Origin: a virus
Lineage: Duplodnaviria > Caudoviricetes
Virus record (IMG/VR): IMGVR_UViG_3300045973_000766
Location: 1 to 35,476 of that record
DNA: 35,476 nt
Strand: one strand, 5' to 3'
Position numbers and translations under genes: made by a program. The first letter of the stretch is position 1. Each line of letters begins with the position of its first letter. Shown here piece after piece: positions 35,246 through 35,476 of this stretch. The notes under the pieces were generated by a model. That model made no database searches, was not told the DNA's origin, and saw nothing but the letters and a program-made list of their open reading frames with translations.

Positions 35246-35476
35246 ATGAATGAAAAAATTAACAATATTCTCTCAGAATATTCAGAAATCGTCAAAGAAA
35301 AATTAAAAACTAATTCACCAATGTCAAAAACTTGGTTCGAAATAGCAGACAAAATTATTGATCAAGTAAACCTGAAAGATTTACATATTGATGTAGATCC
35401 AAATGAAGTAGAATCTTTAAAGTTTTTTAGAGAAAAGAAATTAGATAATAGAACAACAAATGAAATAGTGTCAGAT
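35246..35476 (+). CDS. Hypothetical protein, runs off window end
   Basis: ATG 35246 after an A-rich stretch; open for 77 codons (MNEKINNILSEYSEIVKEKL...). Confidence 0.7.
   Translation, partial: MNEKINNILSEYSEIVKEKLKTNSPMSKTWFEIADKIIDQVNLKDLHIDVDPNEVESLKFFREKKLDNRTTNEIVSD

Noticed and set aside
1-35476. Stop-codon reassignment (TAG or TGA), as in some large Bacteroidota phages
   Set aside because: Code 11 gives near-complete coding density with intact long genes, and TAG (4351, 16226) and TGA serve as real stops at gene junctions.
1-35476. tRNA, tmRNA or rRNA genes (prompted by smpB)
   Set aside because: All intergenic gaps are under 200 nt and extremely AT-rich; no cloverleaf or T-arm signature seen.

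Overview
Very AT-rich, gene-dense segment of a large T4-like (myovirus-type, probably jumbo) phage genome, read in the standard genetic code. Evidence for phage origin: a gp17-type large terminase, gp25- and gp6-like baseplate proteins, a probable sliding clamp and many small hypothetical genes. Two canonical TTTG-N18/20-TAnnTTTG promoters, A-rich initiation regions without Shine-Dalgarno sites and a Bacteroidota-like SmpB point to a Bacteroidota host. Best candidate for an undescribed system: a 13-gene operon of soluble glycosyltransferases, methyltransferases and a sugar kinase (24084-33895, plus three outliers). It has no flippase, polymerase or exporter and lies near a mucin-like Thr/Pro-repeat protein and an Ig-like protein, consistent with a phage-built virion glycan coat. 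Other signals: (i) a shared N-terminal M-x-x-K-F-x-x-F/Y-E-like leader on about nine unrelated proteins, resembling the T4 capsid-targeting sequence; (ii) a shared C-terminal R-x-x-K-L-x-K-L motif on five small proteins, each overlapping the next start codon; (iii) three apparent promoter classes, including AAC(T/A)-N17-TATAT seen four times with exact spacing; (iv) phage-borne SmpB and an RlmN/Cfr-like enzyme; (v) a self-contained ParB-like plus GIY-YIG-like cassette; (vi) a frameshift-split CxxC-CxxC gene. All family calls come from motif recognition by eye; no database search was run.
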